Under the pieces are notes generated by a model. That model was not told where the DNA came from. It searched no databases and worked only from the letters and a program-made list of their open reading frames with translations. DNA of 64,000 nucleotides, taken from contig JAZQHC010000037.1 in NCBI GenBank assembly GCA_045540335.1, positions 1,104-65,103 on the forward strand, written 5' to 3'. This DNA comes from Eubacteriales bacterium (lineage in GTDB: Bacteria > Bacillota > Clostridia > Oscillospirales > CAG-272). Each line of letters begins with the position of its first letter. Within the stretch, counting starts at the first letter, position 1. Of the stretch, positions 26,801-36,438 are shown piece by piece. The translations under genes were made by a program, and so were the position numbers.

Positions 26801-29800
26801 ACCGCGTTTGAATATTTTATGCCCGCTATATTTTTACCCGTTTATAAAAACAGCCTTGTAAGCGAAGCGTTAAGATTTGCTTTTAAACGTCAAAGGGAAT
26901 ACAGCGTGTGTATAAACGGCATGAAGCCTGTTTACGGCACGTCTGAATCTTGCTTTTTTGAATTTGATTCGGATATGAATTACCAGTACAAGGCGCACGG
27001 CGTACCGTCTTTGGCACTGAAAAACGGTATGGAAGATGATAAGGTTATCAGCCCGTATTCGTCTTTTCTTATGCTTTGTATGGGAAGTACCCCGTTTGAA
27101 AATCTTCAAAATCTTGAATTGTACGGCGCATATGGCAAATACGGCTTTTACGAAGCGGTAGATTTTACAAAAAGCAGGGTTAAAAACGGTTATGCGGTGA
27201 TAAAATGCTTTATGTCGCACCACATTGGTATGAGTATTGCCGCAGCATGTAATTATGCATTTAACGATATCTTTGTAAGGTGTTTTATATCAAATATATT
27301 TATAAAAAGCAGCTTGTGCCTTACGGAAGAAAAAATACCGACGGACGCCCCCGTATATAAACGGAAAAACGGTGAAAGCCAAGACGTGATTTACGTAAGC
27401 GGAAGAAAAACGCAAATCCCCGTTATCTCAAACTGTGTTATATCAAATTCCGTATGCCGATACGAGGTTGCCGAAAACGGAAGGGTTGCCCTATATTACG
27501 GTGATATAGCAATATCATCGCCACACGCAAGCGATGTGTGCGATATTGCCTTCGGGGTTGACGTGTATGAAGAATCAAAGCTGTATCACCTTATGCAAGA
27601 AAGCAAACCCGTGTGCGACGGCTTAAGTGCGGAATTTTATATTGATAACGCAGCATCTGCAAGGCTTACGTTAAGCGGCACTTCAAACGTTTTTTGTATT
27701 CATACGGGCGCGGCAAACGGCGGTATAACCGTTATGTATTTTTCACCTGTGTGCGCAAACGAGGAAGAATATTTTTCACACGTGTGCTATTGCAGATTGT
27801 TCACACAGGTGAAATGCAAAAACGGAATTCTTATATACAAGCGCAAGGGCTTTTATTTTGCCGTGTGCTTAAAATCGGAAAAAGGTATTTGCGAATTTGA
27901 ATACGGTACAAGCGTATCAGAATTGAATGAACACGGCGGAATTAACGAATATTCCATTACCGAATACGGCGCATCATCTGTTGAAAATACAGATTATTTC
28001 TGCCCCGTAGATCCGCTTGTGTTTGTAAAAAGCACATACGCCGATAGCTGTTTTCTTATATCGTGCGGAAAAAGCAGTGAAGAAGCTGAAAACGGTCTTA
28101 TCGACGCACTGCACCGCGAGAATAATACCGCGTATAATAAAACGACGCTTGCAAAGCTGTATGCAACGGTTTTGCAATGCACCTTTCAATCGGAGGATAT
28201 TTTGCGCGCCTTGCTTTTCAGACATCCTAAGCAAAGCAAAATGCACGGCAAAGATATGGATATTTTGTGGAAGCACGGTATATCGGGCGATGCACCTATA
28301 TGCGTTTGCGACCTAACGAAAGACGATTTGAAAAGCGGATTTCCGCAAAGTGCCCGCACCGCCGTGCTTACGCATAAATCCTTGTTGATAAAGGGTGTGA
28401 AATACGATACGGTATTGTTGTATAGCGATAACGGATATGATAACGAAAACCTGAAAAGTATAGAGGCTGCCTTAAAATCCCTCGGTACGTTTGCCCTGCT
28501 TGGGCAGAAAAACGGTATATTTGCGGTTAAATGTGAAAGCTGCGCACAGCGTGAATTTTTCTTTGATATGTCGTTTTATCCGCATGAAGAAAAAAACGAG
28601 GTTCTTCGTGCAGACGTTGTAAAAAGCACCGATACAATGCAAAGCAACGCCGTGTATCGCGTTGGCGAAAGGGGCGTACAGATATATTCAAAGCCGATAT
28701 TGCCGTGGAGCTTTGTATATGCAAACGAAGACTTCGGTTTTTTGCTTACTACAAGAACGCTTGGATACACGTGGTTTAAAAATTCCCGTATGGGCAAGAT
28801 AACCGCCTGGAATAACGACCCATGCTGTGAAAACGGCGAAAGAGTGTACCTTATAATACGCGAAAAGGCGTACGACCTTGTACTGCACAGCAGCGAAATA
28901 TCGTTTGGATTTGATAAAGCCGTTTACAGCGGTACGGTAGAGGGGGTAAGGTTTTTCCTTTGCGTTTGCTGCGGAGAAAGCGTTAAAAAAATAAACGTAC
29001 AGCTAACAAATACGGAAAAGTTTGATATCCCCTGTGAGGTATGCTATAAAGCAGACGTGGTTCTTGGCGAAAAAACGAAAAACTGCGGTATTTTGCACGC
29101 AACGTCAGACAGTAAGCGTATAACCGTGTACAATACCTTTAACAATATGCAGGAATGCTGTATGTACAGTCCGCAAGGTACTGTATGCTCGTTTAACGGC
29201 GGGCAGTGTGCCGTAAGAAGCCGCGTGAAGGTAATGGCTGACAGCTCTTTGTGTGTCGAGCTTTTTTTAGGGGTTGAAAAAAGCCGTTTTGAAAAATTTA
29301 CCTTTGAGCAAACAGCCCGTATTTACAAAAAAACAGTAGATGAATTTGTAAATGCCGTTACCATATGCACCGACGACAGGGACTTTGACGTTATGTTTAA
29401 TTTGTTTGCTAAATATCAGGCACTTTATTGCCGCGTATATGCAAGGTGCGGATTTTATCAAACGGGCGGGGCGTACGGATTCCGCGATCAGCTTCAGGAT
29501 ATGATCTGTATTATGTACCTGAAAAGCGAATACGCAAGGGAGCATATATTGCGCTGCGCCTGCCACCAATATGAAGAGGGCGACGTAATGCACTGGTGGC
29601 ACGTTTTGCCAAACGGAAGCGAAAAGGGCGTAAGAACGCGTTGCTCTGACGATATGCTTTGGCTTGTTTACGTTACGGGTAAATATCTGCGCGTAACGGG
29701 TGATGATTCCGTCTTGTTTACACCGGTTTTGTATCTCTGCTCTGACATTTTGCGTGATAACGAATACGATAGGTACGAAAGCGCACATCGGTCGGAAATG

Positions 29801-30763
29801 AAAGAAAGCCTGTATATGCATTGCGTGCGTGCAGTATGCAAAGCGTGCAATTTCGGCCCGCACGGCTTGCCGCTGTTCGGCAGCGGCGACTGGAACGACG
29901 GTATGAACAGCGTTGGCGGCGAAAGCGTTTGGCTGGCGTGGTTTTTATACGCCTCGCTTCTTGAAATGATAAATATGGCAGATATCGTAAAAGACGATAC
30001 AGGCAAGGCCGAATATATCGCCGTAAGCGAAAAGCTGTATAACGATATAGAGAATTTTGCCTATAACGGAAAGTATTATATTCGCGGAACGTATGCAGAC
30101 GGGCAGCCGCTGGGAAAAAACGGCGGATGTGAAACAGACGTTATACCGCAAGCCTTTGCAGCTATGTACGGCAAAAACAAAGAAAGAAAAATATCCGCAA
30201 TGAATACCGTGTGGGATCAGCTTTATGAAGAAGAAAATAAAATGCTTTTGCTGTTCAAGCCGCCGTTTGATGAAAACGGCAGATACGCGGGTTATATCAG
30301 CGATTATCCGCAAGGCATACGTGAAAACGGCGGTCAATATACGCACGGTGCCGTATGGGGGGCTATCGGCTTTTTCGAGGCGGGAATGAACGATAGAGCT
30401 ATAAAAGTATTGCGCGATATAAACCCGCTTGTGCGTTCGAAAAATGAAGCTGTTCGAAAAAAATATAAAGGCGAGCCGTACGTTTTCGCAGGCGACGTGT
30501 ATAAAAACGGGAAAAATACGGGCAGATGCGGCTGGAGCTGGTATTCAGGCGCCGCAGGCTGGTATTTCACTGCCGTGCTTGAAAAAATGATAGGGTATAA
30601 AGAGGAAGAGGGCGGCTTTTATCTTTCCCCCGCTTTGTGCGAAGGGTTCGATTCGTTCAAAATTAAAATAAGAAAAAAAGGCACTTCGTACGATATCAAC
30701 GTAAAAAGTGCAAAAGGGCAATTTTTTGAATTTGACGGGAAAGACCATACCGTTAGTATTTGA
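23825..30763 (+). CDS. cyclic beta-1,2-glucan synthase-like multidomain protein (GT84 glycosyltransferase + TM segments + central alpha/alpha domain + C-terminal GH94-like phosphorylase domain)
   Basis: ITLDSDTVLPPG and RWIRGDLQ (GT84-like). TSPTNIGLYLMS. GFRDQLQD, SGDWNDGMN, GESVWLAWF and QYTHGAVW (GH94-like). Start uncertain: TTG 23732, ATG 23807 or ATG 23825. Confidence 0.75.
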   Translation: MKKGQLLKGIKKSLARAGDMRCSEIAIRENYYLLAQKGKYAYNQIAHSKEKCYEHVLDILFILQRYHFDISQDELFKEVKPLKLSDGELKHLYEIIVYCCLFSLGENKNNDKIINFIRRAGFYDYKRFYRLLSELEKVLLLNHDYKISDEETRQLYVFALKKYAKKHKMPILKAAAKVSEGGISQVLFEKPHPIAEKLYFAVIFSFFAFLALSEAFVIFFPFSFSAILPFLLSLVPIYECSVYLTNYSYSKLFYPRVKPALNVNDIPKEVKTLAVITSLLNGNDTDVFEKIEQYYVSNKYDGLMCGILADLPDSDLPEEQNDLNILKNAEMAIDRLCEKYGDIFFLFWRKREYCPTEGKFIAPERKRLAVGQLCSLLYTGKGNIEVYGSQNLLFGTKYLITLDSDTVLPPGTAIRMTAVAEHPLNRPKIDESARKVVKGHGILQPAVDTLISSAAKTPFSLISSGNGGVQSYRSARFDVYEEIFGKGIFCGKGIINCEAFCKTAIDIFPCEKILSHDVVEGCFLNSGMIPNIALYDSTPSNANAYYKRSDRWIRGDLQTYAVFKGKYVKTKNGKVKNPLSAFDKYKLFDNLRRDITPAFAVSAMIAGAFCKRYVCVSVAFFSLFYVIIPAFVSFLECVISGAFGVKRKFYSFAVSDFWYAFLYLMWKISAVAHDGYVGAKAAVTSLWRLNISGKNLLAWVSASQAEKTLKGSLGIYLLKGAFSVLCGFCFLLFVPFGIYRASGVLFILNPFAMYLSSKPVKQKSKACSENDRKQLAKYVHDMWQYFEDYVNDETNYLPPDNVSFIGGEKIAQRTSPTNIGLYLMSAMGAYYFGIFGKEKLYQVIEKTVFTVEKMKKYKGNLYNWYDITNISTLNTFVSFVDSGNFVCCMVCVKEGLEKIFSPNDNLVKRINALILQTDLGCMYDEEANMFYIGTDEVHGVTKGNHYDMYMSEARTSDFYAAAHGITKNRLLCNTSRTVIGKNGYMGLASWTGTAFEYFMPAIFLPVYKNSLVSEALRFAFKRQREYSVCINGMKPVYGTSESCFFEFDSDMNYQYKAHGVPSLALKNGMEDDKVISPYSSFLMLCMGSTPFENLQNLELYGAYGKYGFYEAVDFTKSRVKNGYAVIKCFMSHHIGMSIAAACNYAFNDIFVRCFISNIFIKSSLCLTEEKIPTDAPVYKRKNGESQDVIYVSGRKTQIPVISNCVISNSVCRYEVAENGRVALYYGDIAISSPHASDVCDIAFGVDVYEESKLYHLMQESKPVCDGLSAEFYIDNAASARLTLSGTSNVFCIHTGAANGGITVMYFSPVCANEEEYFSHVCYCRLFTQVKCKNGILIYKRKGFYFAVCLKSEKGICEFEYGTSVSELNEHGGINEYSITEYGASSVENTDYFCPVDPLVFVKSTYADSCFLISCGKSSEEAENGLIDALHRENNTAYNKTTLAKLYATVLQCTFQSEDILRALLFRHPKQSKMHGKDMDILWKHGISGDAPICVCDLTKDDLKSGFPQSARTAVLTHKSLLIKGVKYDTVLLYSDNGYDNENLKSIEAALKSLGTFALLGQKNGIFAVKCESCAQREFFFDMSFYPHEEKNEVLRADVVKSTDTMQSNAVYRVGERGVQIYSKPILPWSFVYANEDFGFLLTTRTLGYTWFKNSRMGKITAWNNDPCCENGERVYLIIREKAYDLVLHSSEISFGFDKAVYSGTVEGVRFFLCVCCGESVKKINVQLTNTEKFDIPCEVCYKADVVLGEKTKNCGILHATSDSKRITVYNTFNNMQECCMYSPQGTVCSFNGGQCAVRSRVKVMADSSLCVELFLGVEKSRFEKFTFEQTARIYKKTVDEFVNAVTICTDDRDFDVMFNLFAKYQALYCRVYARCGFYQTGGAYGFRDQLQDMICIMYLKSEYAREHILRCACHQYEEGDVMHWWHVLPNGSEKGVRTRCSDDMLWLVYVTGKYLRVTGDDSVLFTPVLYLCSDILRDNEYDRYESAHRSEMKESLYMHCVRAVCKACNFGPHGLPLFGSGDWNDGMNSVGGESVWLAWFLYASLLEMINMADIVKDDTGKAEYIAVSEKLYNDIENFAYNGKYYIRGTYADGQPLGKNGGCETDVIPQAFAAMYGKNKERKISAMNTVWDQLYEEENKMLLLFKPPFDENGRYAGYISDYPQGIRENGGQYTHGAVWGAIGFFEAGMNDRAIKVLRDINPLVRSKNEAVRKKYKGEPYVFAGDVYKNGKNTGRCGWSWYSGAAGWYFTAVLEKMIGYKEEEGGFYLSPALCEGFDSFKIKIRKKGTSYDINVKSAKGQFFEFDGKDHTVSI

Positions 30764-30774
30764 AGAAAGCAAAA

Positions 30775-30919
30775 AAATAAAGCTTTCCCGCGCGAAGGGG
30801 CAGTCGGCGTTGCCGACGTTGGAAAAAGGTTAAGCTTAAATCAAAGCTGACTGCGTAACGTCTTTTCCAAACGGACGCGTAAAGCGTCCGAGCCCCTTCG
30901 CGCGGGTAAAGCTTTATTT
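30775..30919. repeat. 145-bp compound palindrome (about 27-bp closing stem enclosing three hairpins), likely a bidirectional terminator
   Basis: AAATAAAGCTTTCCCGCGCGAAGGGGC 30775-30801 pairs with GCCCCTTCGCGCGGGTAAAGCTTTATTT 30892-30919. Inner hairpins at 30803-17, 30818-72 and 30873-89. Confidence 0.7.
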
Positions 30920-31589
30920 ATATCCCATACTTTAATTTAATACGGTTAAATTTGTTTTTAAACGGGTCGGAAAGAAAAATTGCAAATACCGTGTTTGAAA
31001 TTGTGTAAAGCGCCATATGCGGTAATGATGTAATCACCGCGGCACCGTACAAAGAAAGGGAAAAAGTACCGTTGTACGATAAAACGGTAAATACGTCCAA
31101 CAGCAAAGAATAAACTATGCCGCCTGTGGCACAGTATAAGGTAAGGGCAAGCTTGCTTTTTTCAAGTCTTGAAGAAAGTGTTCCCGCAAAAAAACCTATT
31201 ATCCCCCAAGCAAGCATTTGAAAAGGCGTCCACGGGCCTTGGCCGAAATAAAAGTTTGAAATAAGTGCCGACATACTTCCCACAAGAAAGCCTGCCTCGC
31301 TTCCCATATAAACGGCGGATATAACCGATATTGCCGTGATAGGCTTGAAAAACGGTATAAACCTGCCTATAACACACAAAGACGTCATTACCGCACAAAG
31401 CACCAGCCTGCGCGAGGTAGTCTTTTTCTTTTCAAAACCGCAGTAGAACAGCGCAACGGAAAAAACAGATGTAAGCGTTATTACGTAAACGTAGAATTTT
31501 TCTTTAAAAACGAAAGCGCCCGATATTGCCAAGCAGGGAATTATCAAAAAAACGATTGCGTATTTTAGAAGGATTTTTAATTTTGTCAT
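30918..31589 (-). CDS. ECF transporter substrate-specific (S) component, substrate unknown
   Basis: About 6 TM segments, 223 aa. Overlaps the stop of the upstream duplicated ECF ATPase. Confidence 0.65.
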   Translation of the reverse strand: MTKLKILLKYAIVFLIIPCLAISGAFVFKEKFYVYVITLTSVFSVALFYCGFEKKKTTSRRLVLCAVMTSLCVIGRFIPFFKPITAISVISAVYMGSEAGFLVGSMSALISNFYFGQGPWTPFQMLAWGIIGFFAGTLSSRLEKSKLALTLYCATGGIVYSLLLDVFTVLSYNGTFSLSLYGAAVITSLPHMALYTISNTVFAIFLSDPFKNKFNRIKLKYGI

Positions 31590-33166
31590 ACAGCACCGTT
31601 TTCTTTCAATATTTCAACGCAGTCGTCAAACGTAATTATTTTGTCGTAGCGGCGGCGCGTTATTCTGCTTGTGCAGGTGGTGTAAAACGCATTTTCTGCA
31701 AAAAAATCAACGGTGGGCTTTTGTGCGGTTATCTCGCCTGCAAACATCATGGCACATTCGTCTGCACAGCGTGCGGCAAATTCGGCGTCGTGCGTTACGG
31801 CAATAATACATACGCCCTTGCGTTTTAAAGCGTTTATTGCGCTTATTACGGTGTTGACGCCGTCTGCGTCAAGGCCTTTTGTCGGCTCGTCCAAAAGAAG
31901 TAATTTTTGGTTTCGCGATACTGCCATGGCAAGCGCAAGCAGCTGCGCCTGACCGCCTGATATATCATACGGGTGCATATCTAAAATGGGGGTGAAATCG
32001 TAAGGTATCGTGGTTTCTGTATAATTTGCCTCTTGCAGCTCTTCCTTTACGGTGTTTTTGCAAAAAACGGTCTGCACCTCTTGCGGCAGCATGGTAACCG
32101 TGTCGTAAATAGAATTTTTATATGCCTTCAACGGCTTTTTAAATAACTTTATACTGCCCGAATACGGCGTATTTATCCCGCAGATAAGCGAAAGCAGCGT
32201 TGATTTTCCCGCGCCGTTTCCGCCGCATATGCAAAGCACTTGCCCGCTTTTGGCAACTAAAGACAAACGGCGCAAAACGTCGCTTGCGGTTTTTGAATAT
32301 CTGAAAAACACATTTGATATTTCAAGGCAGACGTTGTTTTCTTGTTTATCTTGTTGTTTTTTTAAGCTTTTTATATCAGATTTAAAATTATTTTCTATAT
32401 AATTTTGCCCGTCCTTTACGGTAAGCGGCGGGGCATTACCGCCGAATTTTTCATATAAGCGCAAAAACGCAGGTAAAGAAGCTTGCAACGGTGCGTATTT
32501 GCATAATTTTTTTACGGCAGCTTTTGTTTCTTCAAAGCAAACTGCTTTGCCGCCATCAATTAGAAGTATCTTGTCTGAAATGGGCAAAAACGGCTCTATT
32601 GCGTGCTCTGATACTATAACGGTGCATAAAAGCTCCGTATTTATCTTCTTCAACAGGGTTATAAATTTTTCCTTTGATATTGGGTCAAGGCGAGAGGTTG
32701 GCTCGTCAAGTATTAAAATGTCGGGCCTTGTTACAACTGCCGCGGCAAGATTTACTATTTGCTTTTGACCGCCTGAAAGGCTGCTGCAATCCTGCCAAAG
32801 AAGGTCTTCTATTGCAAAAAACGATGCTGCCTCGCCTATGCGAAGCTTTATTTCTTCGTTGGAAAGGGCAAGGTTTTCAAGCCCGAAGGCTATCTCGTGC
32901 CATACCTTGTCGGTAACTATCTGCTCGTCGGGGTGCTGGCATACGAAGGATACTTGCAAATTGCCGTATTCAATACCGCCGGTTGATGTTCCGTTCGGCT
33001 TCAAAGCAGGAACAAGGTGCCTTAAAAGCGTGCTTTTACCGCCGCCCGTTGCGCCGCATACAAGCAAAAATTCCCCGTGATTTACAGAAAACGAAATATC
33101 GTTAAGTGCAGGCGTTTTTGCCAAGGGATATGTAAACGTCAAATTTTTGACAGTAAGTATTTCCAT
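31586..33166 (-). CDS. ECF transporter ATPase, fused double ABC domain (EcfA-EcfA')
   Basis: Two Walker A motifs (GATGGGKST, GGNGAGKST), two LSGGQ-type signatures (LSGGQKQ, ISGGQAQ) and two Walker B motifs (ILILDEPT, LLLLDEPT). Confidence 0.88.
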   Translation of the reverse strand: MEILTVKNLTFTYPLAKTPALNDISFSVNHGEFLLVCGATGGGKSTLLRHLVPALKPNGTSTGGIEYGNLQVSFVCQHPDEQIVTDKVWHEIAFGLENLALSNEEIKLRIGEAASFFAIEDLLWQDCSSLSGGQKQIVNLAAAVVTRPDILILDEPTSRLDPISKEKFITLLKKINTELLCTVIVSEHAIEPFLPISDKILLIDGGKAVCFEETKAAVKKLCKYAPLQASLPAFLRLYEKFGGNAPPLTVKDGQNYIENNFKSDIKSLKKQQDKQENNVCLEISNVFFRYSKTASDVLRRLSLVAKSGQVLCICGGNGAGKSTLLSLICGINTPYSGSIKLFKKPLKAYKNSIYDTVTMLPQEVQTVFCKNTVKEELQEANYTETTIPYDFTPILDMHPYDISGGQAQLLALAMAVSRNQKLLLLDEPTKGLDADGVNTVISAINALKRKGVCIIAVTHDAEFAARCADECAMMFAGEITAQKPTVDFFAENAFYTTCTSRITRRRYDKIITFDDCVEILKENGAV

Positions 33167-34002
33167 CTTAAAGACTCCGAAAATTCAATTATCAACGGTA
33201 AAAATGCAAGTAATGCGTAAAAAGCATACCCAACGTATGAAAAAACGTCGGGCTGTGATTGAAATACGGGATAAAATATCGTATTTGAAGGCAATGCCAG
33301 CACTACTGATGCAAATCCTGTAACGGTAAATAAAATTACGTAAAGCACGTCTGCAGTACCGAATTTGTAAAACGAAAAGCAGGTGCGCCTTTTTTGCCCG
33401 AATCCGCGTGATTCCATGCTTTCGGCGGTTATTATGCCGTGCTCTGTTGCCCAGGTTATCATAATGGATAAAACGCGTGCTTCAAAACGTATTTTTTCAA
33501 TAATCGTATCGCATTTCGCAAGCCCCATAGCTTGTTGGGTAATTCTTACACGCTTGTATCTTTCCGAAAAAAGCGGCGTAAATCTTATTGCAGAGGAAGC
33601 CAAAAGGGCAATTTTTGGAGATATTTTTCCAAATAAATATATTGTTTTATCACTTGTCATAATTTTTGAAAACGACGAAAACCAATATATTGCAGATATC
33701 AGCGATATACCCGAAACCGTACCGTATATCAGCGCTTCAAGTGATATCGGCGTATCGTTTATAAAAAACAGCACGGTTGTACCATTGTTGTTTAAAAGCG
33801 GGTTTAAAGCTATCATAAGTATCAACGCCGACAACAAAAACAAATGGTGCTTTTGACTTTCAGAACGGTAAATATCAAACGATACAGCCCCTAAAAACGA
33901 TAATACCGCAATTACGGGATCCATTGCGAACATCGGTATTCCTGCGGCAAACGCAAAAAAAACGATTACCGTCAACGGGTGAAAAAAATCAAAATTTCGC
34001 AT
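33139..34002 (-). CDS. ecfT: ECF transporter transmembrane (T) component, CbiQ family
   Basis: Polytopic protein with an ITAESMESRGF coupling-helix-like motif. Operon position. Confidence 0.75.
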   Translation of the reverse strand: MRNFDFFHPLTVIVFFAFAAGIPMFAMDPVIAVLSFLGAVSFDIYRSESQKHHLFLLSALILMIALNPLLNNNGTTVLFFINDTPISLEALIYGTVSGISLISAIYWFSSFSKIMTSDKTIYLFGKISPKIALLASSAIRFTPLFSERYKRVRITQQAMGLAKCDTIIEKIRFEARVLSIMITWATEHGIITAESMESRGFGQKRRTCFSFYKFGTADVLYVILFTVTGFASVVLALPSNTIFYPVFQSQPDVFSYVGYAFYALLAFLPLIIEFSESLRWKYLLSKI

Positions 34003-34007
34003 TTACT

Positions 34008-35870
34008 TTATTTCCCGCCTTGTGCTTTGAAATGGTTTACTATCTCTTCGGCAAGCTGACGGTTTATACCTTTTATTTTTTCAATATCTTCAACCGATGC
34101 GCCCTTTAGCCTTTCAAGCGTTTCAAAGCTTTCCAAAAGAACGGCGGCTTTTTTCGGTCCAACGCCTTTTATGGCAGTTAAGGAAGAGGTTTTAAGACTT
34201 TTTCTTTTTGCTTTTTGCATTTTACCAAACGTGAAGCGGTGCACCTCTTCTTGAAGCTTGTATATAAATACGAATAAAGCGTCTGTGCGTGAAAGAGATA
34301 TTTCGCAATCAGCATCCGTTAATGCACGCGTTTTGTGATATTCGTCTTTAACCATGCCGAATATCGGCACGTTGGCGTATCCGCGCGCGTCAAACAGATT
34401 ACGTATTACAGAGGTGTGTGAGGCGCCGCCGTCAAGCAGGATAAGGTCGGGCAGAACGTCAAAGCCGGATGTTTTTTCCTCGTAATTATCAAGCCTTCTT
34501 CCCAACGCTTCAGCCATGGCGGCGTAATCGTCTTGCCCGTCGGTAGATTTAATATTGAAAACGCGGTATGCGCTTTTTTTCAATGTGCCGTTTTCGCAAA
34601 CTATCATTCCGGCGGTGATATGCTCGCTTCCGTAGTTTGATATGTCGTACGCCTCTATCCTTTCGGGAACGACCTCCAGTGCAAGCGTTTTTGCAAGTGA
34701 AAACAAAATATCGTTGTTCTTTACCGCTTCTGTTTCATATTGTACTGCTTTTTGGCGGGCGTTATCGCATACCAAGCGGCATAGCTGTGCCTTTTCGCCC
34801 CTTTGCGGATACGTTACGGTAACGCTTTTTCCGCGCAAGGCTTCAAAATATTCAACCAACAATTCCGAAGGGGATTGAAAAACAGATTCGTGTATCAGAA
34901 TCTCTTTTGGAACGTAACCGCGTTTTTCGTATATCCCACATAAGAATGATTCTATTTCCTCGTCACCGTCTATGGCGTACGCGCCAAGGCTGAAGCTTTC
35001 GGTATCGGAAATTATACCGCTTCTTATATAAAATACGGATATCACGCTTACGGGGTTGCCCCTGTAAATTCCTATAACGTCGTATTCGGTATCTGTTGCG
35101 GCAATAACCTTTTGGTTTTTATATAACGATTTCAGCGCGGTTATTCTGTCGCGGTATTTTGCTGCGGATTCAAACGCCAATTCTTCAGAACAGGCAAGCA
35201 TCTTGTCGTTAAGCATCTTTACAGCGTCGTTTATATCGCCTCTTAAAACAGGGCGAACGGCGTCTGTTAATGCATTGTACTCGTCTTTTGAAATATTTCC
35301 CGTGCAGGGTGCACAGCAACGCCCTATCTGACTGTTAAGGCAAGGGCGAGTGCGTCCGATATCGCGTGGGAAAACCTTTTTGCAAGAGGGAATACCGTAT
35401 ATTCTGCTAACGGTACGCAATATCTCCCTTGCTGTTTGCCCGCTTGAATAAGGGCCAAAATACGTACCTGCGCCGTTTATTCGCTTGCGCGTTATAACAA
35501 GGCGCGGGTAATCTTCCTTTGTCAGTAATATATAAGGGTAGCTTTTATCGTCCTTAAGTTTGATATTGTACTTCGGTTCGAACTGTTTTATTTTGCTGTT
35601 TTCAAGGGCTAGGGCTTCCGTTTCGGTGTCGCACAGAATGTAATCAAAATCGTAAACGCTGTCAACCATTCGTTTCGTTTTTGCAGAATGGTTAGTGTAG
35701 TGAAAATATTGGCTTACCCTGTTTTTCAAAGTCTTTGATTTACCAACGTATATTACGTTACCCGCAGAGTCCTTCATTATATAAACACCGGGCCTTTTTG
35801 GAAGGTCTGATGCCTTTTGTTGTAAATAAGAAAGCCTGTCTGTTCGGCTTTTTTTTGTATTTTCAGACAT
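34008..35870 (-). CDS. uvrC: excinuclease ABC subunit C
   Basis: GIY-YIG (GVYIMKDSAGNVIYVGKSKTLKNRVSQY), a Cys-rich CxxC region, and C-terminal (HhH)2. Confidence 0.93.
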   Translation of the reverse strand: MSENTKKSRTDRLSYLQQKASDLPKRPGVYIMKDSAGNVIYVGKSKTLKNRVSQYFHYTNHSAKTKRMVDSVYDFDYILCDTETEALALENSKIKQFEPKYNIKLKDDKSYPYILLTKEDYPRLVITRKRINGAGTYFGPYSSGQTAREILRTVSRIYGIPSCKKVFPRDIGRTRPCLNSQIGRCCAPCTGNISKDEYNALTDAVRPVLRGDINDAVKMLNDKMLACSEELAFESAAKYRDRITALKSLYKNQKVIAATDTEYDVIGIYRGNPVSVISVFYIRSGIISDTESFSLGAYAIDGDEEIESFLCGIYEKRGYVPKEILIHESVFQSPSELLVEYFEALRGKSVTVTYPQRGEKAQLCRLVCDNARQKAVQYETEAVKNNDILFSLAKTLALEVVPERIEAYDISNYGSEHITAGMIVCENGTLKKSAYRVFNIKSTDGQDDYAAMAEALGRRLDNYEEKTSGFDVLPDLILLDGGASHTSVIRNLFDARGYANVPIFGMVKDEYHKTRALTDADCEISLSRTDALFVFIYKLQEEVHRFTFGKMQKAKRKSLKTSSLTAIKGVGPKKAAVLLESFETLERLKGASVEDIEKIKGINRQLAEEIVNHFKAQGGK

Positions 35871-35896
35871 TTTGCCCCCTCCAATCTTGGTGCGTT

Positions 35897-35975
35897 AAAA
35901 AACAAAAGGCGAAAAACCGTATAAGCCGCACAGCCGCGCCCAAAGGGTGCTGTGGCGCAAACTACGGTTTTCGCC
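35897..35975 (-). terminator. long-stem intrinsic terminator downstream of ptsH
   Basis: GGCGAAAAACCGTA..TACGGTTTTCGCC outer stem with inner GCCGCACAGC/GCTGTGGCGC. The minus strand is followed by a T-run. Confidence 0.7.
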
Positions 35976-35997
35976 GAAAATTCTATAATGATTTATG

Positions 35998-36261
35998 TCA
36001 GTCGGTAAGACCGCTTTCGATAAGCTCTTCCAAGCCGTTGATAGCTTCAACCTCATCAACGCCGTCTGCGATAACTGTTATCGTAGAATCCTTCGTAATG
36101 CCGAGGGAAAGAACGCCCAGTAAACTTTTTGCGTTTACACGGCGGTCGTCTTTTTCAACCCAAATGGAACACTTGTAAGAGTTAGCCTTTTGAATGAAAA
36201 AGGTAGCGGGGCGCGCGTGCAAGCCAACGCAAATGCGAACTGTTATATTACGGGAAATCAT
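35998..36261 (-). CDS. ptsH: phosphocarrier protein HPr
   Basis: GLHARPA (His15) and NAKSLLGVLSLG (Ser46) motifs. 87 aa. Confidence 0.9.
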   Translation of the reverse strand: MISRNITVRICVGLHARPATFFIQKANSYKCSIWVEKDDRRVNAKSLLGVLSLGITKDSTITVIADGVDEVEAINGLEELIESGLTD

Positions 36262-36438
36262 ATCTTTATGCTCCTATCCAAAATAATGCTGTTTGTTTGA
36301 AAACCTATCAACAAAAAATAATTATGGATGAATTATATCAAATTTTATCAAAAAAATCAATAGGTATTTCGCATATTTTTTTATTTTTTTTCGAAATATT
36401 CGTATATAAGAGGAAATAAATGGTATTAAAACCTATAT

